Assembly: GCA_965215195.1 (NCBI GenBank)
Contig: CBDCDC010000002.1
Coordinates: forward strand, 2,208,001 to 2,272,000
DNA: 64,000 bases
Direction: 5' to 3'
From: Candidatus Latescibacterota bacterium
GTDB taxonomy: Bacteria > Latescibacterota > UBA2968 > UBA8231
Position 1 is the stretch's first letter; each line of letters begins with the position of its first letter. The notes under the pieces are model-generated. The model ran no database searches, was not told the origin of the DNA, and saw nothing but the letters and a program-made list of their open reading frames with translations. Below, piece after piece: positions 18,297-27,055 of this stretch. The position numbers and the translations under genes are program-made.

Positions 18297-20960
18297 ATGC
18301 ACACTATTAGAATAAGCCTCGTTTTTCTACTCGTCGCGGCCGGAACAGCCCAAGAAGCAGCCGGCCAAGTCGATTACAGCGCGCGCCTAGGGCTGCAACA
18401 GGGCGACGAGACCTCCTTTGCGCCCCAAGGGCCGGACGTCATGCTCGGCGTCCTCGACCCAGCGGTGCGCCGCTGGTACGTGCCGCAGGAGCTCTACAAA
18501 GAGTACCACTGGCGCCAGTGGCAGTACACCAACTACGCCCGCAACCCCTACCAGCGCTATGTCGATATCAGCCTCGAAGGCAACTACTTTTACGACCTGT
18601 ACGGCAATTTTCTCACCCGTGGCTGGCTGATCTTCAACAACTCCCAGAGCAAGCCCCAGCAGTTCGGCAACTCGCTCCTCAAGTCCAACCGCTTCCAACA
18701 GTGGTTTTCCGACGTGGTCATCGCCTCCGACGCCAAGGGCCAATACTTCTACACCTTGACGACGAGCGCACAGATGCGCTCGGTGATCTCGCCGATGGTC
18801 TTTTCCAAGCCGCGCATGGACGGCGTACAGTTCGACCTCGCCACCGACCGCTACGAAGGGACGCTCATCTATTCGCGCTTGAGCAATCCAGGCGGCTCTA
18901 CCACCGAAGACCAAGAAGTGCTCCGCACCAACAACACCACGCTCTTCGGCGGGCGCTTCGCCTATCAGCTCAGCGATGCCTTGCAGTTGGGCCTACACGC
19001 GGTCAACGCCCACCAGTCGAACACGCTGTCGGACCGCTTGGTGGGCAACCCGTTTTCCGGTGCTTTGACCGTGGCGCAAAACAAGACCGTGGCCCTGATT
19101 CAGATCGTCCTGCGCGACGATTCCCCGGGCGACGACGCGGGTGGAGCCGCTTTCTTCGAGGCCGGCTCGGACGTGCTGATTACCTACGAGGACGGCACCG
19201 TTGATGCCGGCAAAGACATCCAATTCGAGCCAGTCATCGAGGGCGGCTTTGTCCAGCAGGGCTATATCGCCGCCAATGGCCCGGAGGAAATACGCCTGAG
19301 CTACAACTTCGACAGCCCGGCCTTTGTCGATCGGGCCTCGTTCCCCAAAGAGGACATCGTCAAAGTCGAGTTCCGGCTCGTGCTGGGCAACGACTATCAG
19401 GTCTGGATGACGTCCGACCGCCAAGTCAACCGCGACGGAGAGGCCGTGCTGCTGCTCGTGGCCCAAGCCGAGGGCAACGTGCAAGACATCACCAATTTGC
19501 AGACCGTCCGCTTCGAGTACGGCCTGCCCACGGCGACCCACATCTTCGGCGGCAACATCGAACTGCGCGACTACAAGGGCTTTGACCTGTACGCCGAATA
19601 CGACCTGAGCGTGAGCTACCGCAAGTACCCCAATGTCTTGCGCGACGAGCACCGCACTGCATCCGGCATCGGCGGTCGCCGCCGGGCACCGGCGTGGATG
19701 GTGAACGCGTCCAAAAAGGCCGCCCCCTTCTTTGCCTTTGGCGAGGCGTACAGCATGGATCCGCTCTACAACACGCGGACCTTTGTCACCACGGGCACGG
19801 GCGAAATCAACTACGACAGCGAGCGCGAGGGCATCGTCGAGCTCGTCGAAGACAACGACGACCAAGACCGCTTCCCGGACACGGTGCGCTTCGACTGGCT
19901 CCAGGGCGATTCCCAAGTCTTCCCGGGCTGGGACCAAAACAACGACTTCGTGCCCGACATCAACCAAAACGACAACTTCGTGCGCTCCAACGCCGTGCCC
20001 GACTACGAAGAACCTTTCCTCCGCTTCCATTCCGACCGCCCGGAATTCCTCTTCGGGATGGACATGAACAACAACTTCTGGATCGACCAATACGAAAACG
20101 ACGAAGAGCCAGATTACCCCTACCGCCGCGACCACCGCGGTTACAATGTGTACGGCGGTGCGGACCTGACGCCGCAGCTCAAGGTGATGGTCGGCGCACT
20201 GCGCGAGGAGCTCATCTCGTCGGATCAGCAAAACAAGAGCACCTACGCCCTCGTGACGTACGACAGCAATTCCCCGCGCTTGGGGCGCTTGCGCTTCTTT
20301 GAAATGAGCAAATTGGTGCAAGACGACATCCCCAATCCCCTCTTGCAGTGGGCGCCGGACAACACCCTGCGCGGCGGCGAGTTGACCAAGGTCGAAGACC
20401 CCCTGTTGGCCCGCGACACTTGGGTCAACCAGCTCTTTGTGGGCCACAACTTGCAGTCGGCCTCCTATAAAGTGCAGACCAAGATCAACTACGTGCGCTT
20501 CCGCCAGCTAATGAGCGCGGCCCGCCGGCAGGCCCTAGAGCTAGACGAGCAGGACTTCTTCTTTGGGGTGATCAACAAGGCCAGCTACCGCTATGCCTTG
20601 GGCCGGCTGAGCTTGGAGCCGCGCTGGAAAAGCGAATTCCGCAAGCAGTCGCGCAGCCTCTTCGCCTTGGAGCATTCCACCAGCCTGTACGAGCTGTTTT
20701 CGGCCGTCGTCGAAACCCGCGTCCTGCGAGCCACCCGACTGCAAGCGGGCGTCGAGTACCTGATTTTTAACGATTTCGACATCGATGCCAACGACTTCAA
20801 CTCCATCACCGGCGCGTTTCAGTTTACCAACCAGTCTCAGTACTTGGGCTACAGCCTCCACGCCCTAGCCGGGCTGCGCATCGAGCGCCAGGATTTCAAA
20901 GAGAAAGAGGCGCGGTACACGAGTCAGACCTTTATAACGATCTACGCAGGATTGGAATAG
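18297..20960 (+). CDS. Putative outer-membrane beta-barrel-like protein with acidic Ca-binding-like repeats (paralog of 27056-29662)
   Basis: Signal peptide; alternating beta-strand pattern in the C-terminal third ending FITIYAGLE; EDNDDQDRFPD, DQNNDFVPD, DMNNNFWID. Confidence 0.6.
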   Translation: MHTIRISLVFLLVAAGTAQEAAGQVDYSARLGLQQGDETSFAPQGPDVMLGVLDPAVRRWYVPQELYKEYHWRQWQYTNYARNPYQRYVDISLEGNYFYDLYGNFLTRGWLIFNNSQSKPQQFGNSLLKSNRFQQWFSDVVIASDAKGQYFYTLTTSAQMRSVISPMVFSKPRMDGVQFDLATDRYEGTLIYSRLSNPGGSTTEDQEVLRTNNTTLFGGRFAYQLSDALQLGLHAVNAHQSNTLSDRLVGNPFSGALTVAQNKTVALIQIVLRDDSPGDDAGGAAFFEAGSDVLITYEDGTVDAGKDIQFEPVIEGGFVQQGYIAANGPEEIRLSYNFDSPAFVDRASFPKEDIVKVEFRLVLGNDYQVWMTSDRQVNRDGEAVLLLVAQAEGNVQDITNLQTVRFEYGLPTATHIFGGNIELRDYKGFDLYAEYDLSVSYRKYPNVLRDEHRTASGIGGRRRAPAWMVNASKKAAPFFAFGEAYSMDPLYNTRTFVTTGTGEINYDSEREGIVELVEDNDDQDRFPDTVRFDWLQGDSQVFPGWDQNNDFVPDINQNDNFVRSNAVPDYEEPFLRFHSDRPEFLFGMDMNNNFWIDQYENDEEPDYPYRRDHRGYNVYGGADLTPQLKVMVGALREELISSDQQNKSTYALVTYDSNSPRLGRLRFFEMSKLVQDDIPNPLLQWAPDNTLRGGELTKVEDPLLARDTWVNQLFVGHNLQSASYKVQTKINYVRFRQLMSAARRQALELDEQDFFFGVINKASYRYALGRLSLEPRWKSEFRKQSRSLFALEHSTSLYELFSAVVETRVLRATRLQAGVEYLIFNDFDIDANDFNSITGAFQFTNQSQYLGYSLHALAGLRIERQDFKEKEARYTSQTFITIYAGLE

Positions 20961-20963
20961 CGC

Positions 20964-22907
20964 GTGATTTGGCGCAGCGACAATTTCGGCGCAGCCGTCA
21001 TCGGCATCGCACTCGTGGCCCTTTGGCCGCGCCTGACGTATCTCGCAGATACCGAGCAAAGCCCCTTCTTGGAGGTGCCCACAGCGGCGAGCCAGCCCTA
21101 CGTCGAGGTCGCTAGCGGGCAGAGTAACGCAGCGGTTGCCAGCCCCTTGTACCCGCTCTTTTTGCGCGGCCTCGTCGCGGCCGGGCTAGCGCCTCGCTAC
21201 GTCCAAGTCCTGCTGGGCGCGGTCAGTTGTGCGCTGGTGGCCCTAATCGGCCGCGCGCTTTGGGGGCCGAGCACGGGACTCGTCGCGGCCCTGTGCGCGG
21301 CCCTGTACGGGCCGGCCCTCTATTTCACCGGCTCCTTGCTGCCCCCGGTCCTCGCGGTATTTCTGGTGCTCTCGCTGTTGGCGGCGCTCTTATGGGCCGA
21401 TCGGCAGAGTAATGAGCGGGCGTTTTTAGGGGTCGGGCTTTTGCTGGCACTTTGCTTGCTGGCCGCGCCGCAAGTCGCACTTTTCGCGCCGGCCGTGCTG
21501 TGGTGGCTGTGGATAGAGGGGAAGCAGCGGGCGTGTGGGGCCTGTGCGCTGGGGACAGCTGGTGCGCTCGCGCTGTGGTATCTTTTGGGGATTGCTACAA
21601 GTGCGGGCGGCTCGCCCGATCTCCTCGTGCGCGGCGGGGAGCACTTGCCCGCGCTGGATATGTACCACGCGCGCGGCGATTCAGCCGTCCTAGCGGCCCT
21701 GTTGTGGAAATGGGGGCTCGCGTTTCCCTTCGGCTTGGTCGCGCCGCTGGCGCTATTGGGCGTGGGGTTTGCCGTGGCGGCGCGGGAGCGGGGTGCTTTG
21801 CTCGCGCTGCTGTTTGTCGCAACCGGCGCAGTCGGAATCGCGCTCTACGGTGCCCATGCCGAGACGCGCATGGTGCTGGTGCCCGTGCTCTTGCTCTTTG
21901 CGGTGAGTGGGGCCGGGCAACTGGCGCAAATGTCTTGGACGTGGAAGGGGGCCGCCGTGGCGGGATTGGTCCTAGTCGCGGCATTAGTCAATGCCAGTAC
22001 GCCCGCCATGGACCGGGCGGCGCAAGCCTCGCAGCACCGCTACTTGGGTCGCGCCTATGCGGAGTTGGGCATGACGGCCACGGCGATCGCCGCGTACGAA
22101 AAGGCCGTGGCCGCGGACAGTTCCGCCAAGGACGTGTATTGGGCCTTGGCGGCACTCTACGACGCGAGCGGCAAACCCGAGCGAGCACTGGGGGTTAGTC
22201 GGGTATTCGTCGCGCACTGGCCCGCCGACGAGCGCGGGCAGCGGGCACTCGGCGATCGCTACATGGCGGTGGGCCGTCCCCAACAAGCGCGCACCATCTA
22301 CCAACAGCTCGTCGCAAGCGGTGGGCACTGGGCACTGCTCGGGCACTTGGGGGACGCGCAACTGACGAGCGGCGCGCTCGACGAGGCCGTACAATCCTAT
22401 GAGCAACTGCTAACTTTGCGCCCGGATAGCAGTCGGGTGCGCTACCAACTGGCGCGCGCCTACGCTGCGGCCGGGCGAATGCAAGACGCCGAGCGATCCT
22501 ACCGCCAGCTCCTAGACAGTCCAGCCTATGGCGTGCAGGCGCGCGTGGAAGCGGCCGCACTCTTGCGGCGCAACGGCCAGCTAGCCGCCGCCCAACCGCT
22601 GCTCTCGCAAGTCCTAACGCTAGCGCCAGACCACCGCAAGGGACTGCTCCTATTAGGTGAAGTACTGTTAGAGCAGGGACAGCCCGGCGAAGCCCTAGCC
22701 CATTGGTTGCGCCTCGCCGCACTAGAGCCTCACAACTGGCGGGTCCAAGGGCACTTGAGCCAAGCGTACAGCGAATTGGGACAAGACGCCGAGGCACGGG
22801 ACGCCGAGGCGCGCTATCAGCGGGGAAAGCAGCGCGTCCAACTTCAGCAGCGCATCGAGGCTGAGCAGAAGGCATTGGCGAAAAAAATTCTCGGGGAAAA
22901 CTTATGA
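20964..22907 (+). CDS. GT-C fold (PMT/ArnT-like) membrane glycosyltransferase-like domain fused to TPR repeats
   Basis: PLYPLFL...VQVLLG...GLVAALCAALYGPALYF multi-TM N-terminus; multiple TPR-pattern repeats (LGRAY..LG...AIAAYEKA). Confidence 0.7.
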   Translation: MIWRSDNFGAAVIGIALVALWPRLTYLADTEQSPFLEVPTAASQPYVEVASGQSNAAVASPLYPLFLRGLVAAGLAPRYVQVLLGAVSCALVALIGRALWGPSTGLVAALCAALYGPALYFTGSLLPPVLAVFLVLSLLAALLWADRQSNERAFLGVGLLLALCLLAAPQVALFAPAVLWWLWIEGKQRACGACALGTAGALALWYLLGIATSAGGSPDLLVRGGEHLPALDMYHARGDSAVLAALLWKWGLAFPFGLVAPLALLGVGFAVAARERGALLALLFVATGAVGIALYGAHAETRMVLVPVLLLFAVSGAGQLAQMSWTWKGAAVAGLVLVAALVNASTPAMDRAAQASQHRYLGRAYAELGMTATAIAAYEKAVAADSSAKDVYWALAALYDASGKPERALGVSRVFVAHWPADERGQRALGDRYMAVGRPQQARTIYQQLVASGGHWALLGHLGDAQLTSGALDEAVQSYEQLLTLRPDSSRVRYQLARAYAAAGRMQDAERSYRQLLDSPAYGVQARVEAAALLRRNGQLAAAQPLLSQVLTLAPDHRKGLLLLGEVLLEQGQPGEALAHWLRLAALEPHNWRVQGHLSQAYSELGQDAEARDAEARYQRGKQRVQLQQRIEAEQKALAKKILGENL

Positions 22908-24973
22908 AGCACTTGCTTGTCATAGGTGCATTGGTGCTTTTGCACAGTAGCGATTCGCAGGGGCGTCAAGTATTGCTCGTCGGCCAAGACGGCCAGATTA
23001 GCTGGGAGGGGGACGTGGAAGCCGGGGGCGCGGTGCAAACCATTGAGCCGGAGTATCGCTCCACTTTGGATCCCAACATCACCGAAATCGGCGTCGCGCC
23101 GGTCAATCTCGTCGATTTTGCCAGTGCGGATTTTCCCGCGAGCATCCTGCCGCGCCGAGTGCAGAAGGGGCAAAACCTCGCCGCTGAAATCGCCGAGCGC
23201 GGCGGCAGCATCCGCGCCCCGACCGTGTTCGACCTCGCCGAGTCCCAGCTACAAAACATCCTCGCGCAGATCGTATCGCCCGACCCCACTGGCGGGGCCT
23301 TTGAGCGCAAGGGACGGGACGTGTTGGGTACCTTGCTCGTGCTCGATTTGGGCGCGCGCTTTGGCGTCAACCAAATTCGCTTCTTCCCGCGCAATACGGT
23401 CTTTCCGTCGCTATCGACGCCCTTTCAGGAGGATTTCCTCAAAAACTTCGAGGTACACGTCAACGACGGCCAAGTGTTGACCGAGGCCGGCAACCCGATC
23501 TGGGAGACCTTTGCGGTGCGCACCAACAGCGCCGATCCGGTCGCCGTCATCGAGATCAACCCGCCGCGCTTTTTGCGCTTCATCCGCCTGCGCGCCACCT
23601 CATCCATCCCCTTTGAAGTGGAGAAATTCCAAGTCTTTGGCGAGGGCTTCTTTCCCACCGTGCAGTACATTTCCCCGATCATCGACATGGGCACCCCGGC
23701 CAATTGGGGGCGCTTGCGCTGGCTGGAGGAGACCGTCGGGCAGGCGAGTGCCGTGCAGATGCACATCCGCACCCGCAGCGGCAGGGACCCGTCGCCCTTT
23801 GCCTATACGCGCAAGCGAGTGGGGCGGCAAGACGCCGAGGAAATCGCGTTCTCAGTCGATGATCTCGACCAGCCGCTCTTGCGCGACGAGTACCTCGACT
23901 TGCCGGCCAAGGGAGGCCCCGCCGATGTGTGGGAGCGCGGCCCGGTGCGCGACGATTTGGCCAATTGGAGCCCGTGGACTTCGCCCTACGATCCGGTCGC
24001 CGGCACCAGCAGCGAGGGCGCGTTGGTCCTCTCGCCCGGGCCGCGCCGCTACTTCCAGTTCCGGGTTGACTTCCAGTCCGACGACCTAGAGTCGGCCAAA
24101 ATCCTGCGGCAGTTTTCCTTTGACTTCACAACGCCGCCGTTGGCCGATGTCCTCGTCGGCGAGGTCTTTCCGCGCGAGGTGCCGGCGGCCGCAGACATTC
24201 CCTTTGTCTATGCCGTGCGCGCCGAGATGGAGAGCGGGGATTTGCAGGGCTTCGACGGATTCGAGTTGGTCACCGGCAGCCGCATAGATCGCATCGAGCG
24301 CATTGAAATCATCGACGCGCAAGGCGAGTTCCTCTTAGCGCACGACTTTGCGGTGCAAGACGCAGTCGCCGACGAGGGCGACGTGGCCATCACTGCGATC
24401 TCGGAGCGCAGCTTTGCGGTGCGCTTCCCGCGAGTGGCAGCGCACAATAGCGTGTTGAAGATCCACTTTGTCAGCCGCATCCTCTCGTACAGCACGGCCT
24501 TTGAGGGCCGGGGATTGCTGTTGCAGGAAGACGCCTTCCAAAGCGTCCAAGCCGGCGACGCCACTGCGCTGGACGAAGGCGACATCTCGTTTAAGTCGGG
24601 CACTACCGTCTTGAGCCCGACTGTCAACAGCGGCAGCCTCGTGGGCAGCTTTGACCTCGCCGCGTCCGTTATTACGCCCAATGGCGACGGCATCAACGAC
24701 GTCTTGGCTATGGAATGCGAGGTTCTCGCAGTCGGCGGCGGGGCCCAGATTGCGGTCGATATATACGATTTAAGGGGACGCCGGGTGCGCCGCCTCTTCA
24801 ACATCGAAGGGCAGAGCGGCGTGTACAGCTCGGAGAACCTCACCCAACTGCGGTGGAACGGGACCGACGATCAGGGTGAGAACGTGGCCCCGGGCCTCTA
24901 TCTAATCCAACTCAATATCGAGGGCGATGCGCGCGCCAGTGCCAGTACGCGCACCATTGGGGTAGCGTACTAG
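22904..24973 (+). CDS. Secreted protein with discoidin-like region and C-terminal FlgD-Ig/CHU_C-like domain
   Basis: Signal peptide; LDLGARFGVNQIRFFPR; RTRSG...WSPW...SPGPRRYFQ; VITPNGDGIND...WNGTDDQGENVAPGLY; ends GVAY. Confidence 0.75.
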   Translation: MKHLLVIGALVLLHSSDSQGRQVLLVGQDGQISWEGDVEAGGAVQTIEPEYRSTLDPNITEIGVAPVNLVDFASADFPASILPRRVQKGQNLAAEIAERGGSIRAPTVFDLAESQLQNILAQIVSPDPTGGAFERKGRDVLGTLLVLDLGARFGVNQIRFFPRNTVFPSLSTPFQEDFLKNFEVHVNDGQVLTEAGNPIWETFAVRTNSADPVAVIEINPPRFLRFIRLRATSSIPFEVEKFQVFGEGFFPTVQYISPIIDMGTPANWGRLRWLEETVGQASAVQMHIRTRSGRDPSPFAYTRKRVGRQDAEEIAFSVDDLDQPLLRDEYLDLPAKGGPADVWERGPVRDDLANWSPWTSPYDPVAGTSSEGALVLSPGPRRYFQFRVDFQSDDLESAKILRQFSFDFTTPPLADVLVGEVFPREVPAAADIPFVYAVRAEMESGDLQGFDGFELVTGSRIDRIERIEIIDAQGEFLLAHDFAVQDAVADEGDVAITAISERSFAVRFPRVAAHNSVLKIHFVSRILSYSTAFEGRGLLLQEDAFQSVQAGDATALDEGDISFKSGTTVLSPTVNSGSLVGSFDLAASVITPNGDGINDVLAMECEVLAVGGGAQIAVDIYDLRGRRVRRLFNIEGQSGVYSSENLTQLRWNGTDDQGENVAPGLYLIQLNIEGDARASASTRTIGVAY

Positions 24974-25026
24974 GCTTTATGCGATTCCACCTCACTGCGT
25001 GGGGGTTCAAAAAAGGAATGAGGATC

Positions 25027-27048
25027 ATGCTAAGGCGAAATCTATTGCGGGGGCTAAGTATCGCGGCTTGTTGCGCCAGTGCGGCTTGGGGCCGGGCCGA
25101 GTTTCACATCGGCGGGGCGACGGGTGCTTCTTGGCAGGGGCTGATCACCGACGAGCAGACCGAGTACACCATCGTCGATGACCAAGGCGCGGTCTTGGGC
25201 ACACTTCCCATTGCCATTGGCGCGGAGGAAGCGGGCGTCGATACCATGATCGCCTACTCCGACAACGCCATCCAGCCGATATGGGTCGATCCGTCGGTCA
25301 ATCTCGCGCTAGACGCGAACTTGGCCGCGCGCGGCGGCAACCTCTTCACGAGCGTCTCCACCGGCTACACCCGCGAGGCGGCCAAAGAGGTCCAAGTGAT
25401 GATCGACGGCGACCCGGAAACGGCGACCTTGCGCCAAGTCGATATCTCGCCGCGCCTAGCCGGCCTTAATATCGGCTACGTAAAAAACACGGTCGTCAAC
25501 CTCGGGGCCGAGATGCCGGTCAACCGCATCCGCTTCTATCCGCGCCCGGGCTTTGAGGAAAACTACTTGGCTTGGTACGAAATCGGCGTGGCTGACAACT
25601 CCGCGCCTTTTATGTCCTCGCCCCAAGAGCGCGCCCCGGGCAAGCGCTGGTATCACGACATCAGCCGCTCCCTCACCTCGACCAACGACCCGGAGTTCGA
25701 CATCCTAGAGCGCAACGTTGAAAACCTCGACCACGTCGTGGATTTGCGCTTTCTCACGCGCGACTTGCGCTGGGTAGGCATTCGCCCGATCAACCCCGAG
25801 CGCACTTGGGAGATCGCCGAAATGGAGGTGTACGGCGAAGGCTTCGTCACCAAGACCTCCTATCGCACGGGCGTGTTGGACTTTGGCCGCCCGGTGGCTT
25901 GGAGCAAAATCCGCTGGCAGGGCGAGGTGCCCGAGGGCACTCGGCTCGTGTTGCGCACGCGCACCGGCACCACGCCGCAGCCCAATCTGTTTTGGAAAAT
26001 CGGCAGCACCGGCAACTTTGAGCGGGTGTCCAAAGACGAGTACACCACGACCTACCAAGTGGGCCGCTTCAACCAGATCCAAGCGACGTACGATGTAGAA
26101 AACTGGAGCTTCTGGTCGACGCCCTACGACTTTGCGGCCGGGCGGCGCAACCCCGAGGCCACGGGCTGGGCGGACGGAACGCCCCTCCTCTCGCCCGGAC
26201 CCAGCCGCTACTTGCAGCTAGAGGTGGTCATGTTTTCGGACGGGAACAAAGCACCGCGCATCGACGAGATATCCCTGCTGTTTGCCGAAGATCCCGCGGC
26301 CCAAAGCGTAATCGCCGAAATCTGGCCGATTGAGACCGATAACTTCGAGCCGCAGACCTTCACCTATGTGGTGCGGCCCGTACTCGAAGACGGCGACCGG
26401 GGCTTCGACCGGCTGGAGATCTTCACCCAAGTCCCGGCCGCAGCCGTGCATTCGGTCGCAATAGATGGCCGGGAAATCATCGACAGCTTCCCGCCCAAGC
26501 TAGAGGAAGACCGGATCGTCATTAGCTTTGAGCCGTTTACTGCGCCGCGCGACAACGAGCGCCGCATTGAGGTCGTCTTCGACGCCAAGGTCCTGCGCTT
26601 TGGCGCGGAATTTACCGGTTGGGTGTACGACAGCACCGCGCCCGAGCTCAAGCAGCAAGTCCGGCCCGGCAACGCGACCTTCCGCTTTGCCGGCGACGCC
26701 CTATCGGTGCGCACACCCGTCGGCGGCGAACTCGTGCGGAAAGTCAGCGCACATCCCGCAATCCTGACGCCCAATGGCGACGGGATCAACGATCAGACCG
26801 TGATTTCGTACGATCTGCGCAACATCGGTACGCCGCGCCAGATCGCTTTGCGGATTTTTGACCTGTCCGGCCGGCTAGTGCGCGAGATAATCTCCACGCC
26901 AGCCGTCAGCGGCAGCTTTGCGGCGGCTTGGGATGGCCGCCACACCGAGGGAGACTTAGTCGCCCCGGGCGCGTACCTCTACCAAGTTGATCTAACCACC
27001 GACAAGGGCCTTTCAGCCGCTGCGGGCACCGTAGCTGTGGCCTATTGA
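25027..27048 (+). CDS. Secreted protein with discoidin-like region and C-terminal FlgD-Ig/CHU_C-like domain (start may be 24979 or 25018)
   Basis: NLGAEMPVNRIRFYPR; RTRTG...WSFWS...SPGPSRYLQ; ILTPNGDGIND...WDGRHTEGDLVAPGAY; ends AVAY. Confidence 0.75.
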   Translation: MLRRNLLRGLSIAACCASAAWGRAEFHIGGATGASWQGLITDEQTEYTIVDDQGAVLGTLPIAIGAEEAGVDTMIAYSDNAIQPIWVDPSVNLALDANLAARGGNLFTSVSTGYTREAAKEVQVMIDGDPETATLRQVDISPRLAGLNIGYVKNTVVNLGAEMPVNRIRFYPRPGFEENYLAWYEIGVADNSAPFMSSPQERAPGKRWYHDISRSLTSTNDPEFDILERNVENLDHVVDLRFLTRDLRWVGIRPINPERTWEIAEMEVYGEGFVTKTSYRTGVLDFGRPVAWSKIRWQGEVPEGTRLVLRTRTGTTPQPNLFWKIGSTGNFERVSKDEYTTTYQVGRFNQIQATYDVENWSFWSTPYDFAAGRRNPEATGWADGTPLLSPGPSRYLQLEVVMFSDGNKAPRIDEISLLFAEDPAAQSVIAEIWPIETDNFEPQTFTYVVRPVLEDGDRGFDRLEIFTQVPAAAVHSVAIDGREIIDSFPPKLEEDRIVISFEPFTAPRDNERRIEVVFDAKVLRFGAEFTGWVYDSTAPELKQQVRPGNATFRFAGDALSVRTPVGGELVRKVSAHPAILTPNGDGINDQTVISYDLRNIGTPRQIALRIFDLSGRLVREIISTPAVSGSFAAAWDGRHTEGDLVAPGAYLYQVDLTTDKGLSAAAGTVAVAY

Positions 27049-27055
27049 GCGAGCA

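Noticed and set aside
18993-20447. 484-aa antisense ORF (and similar shadow ORFs such as 2294-3388, 4709-5686, 27500-28360, 52729-53742, 58795-59844)
   Set aside because: They overlap well-supported genes, mostly antisense, lack family motifs and are expected from GC-rich codon bias
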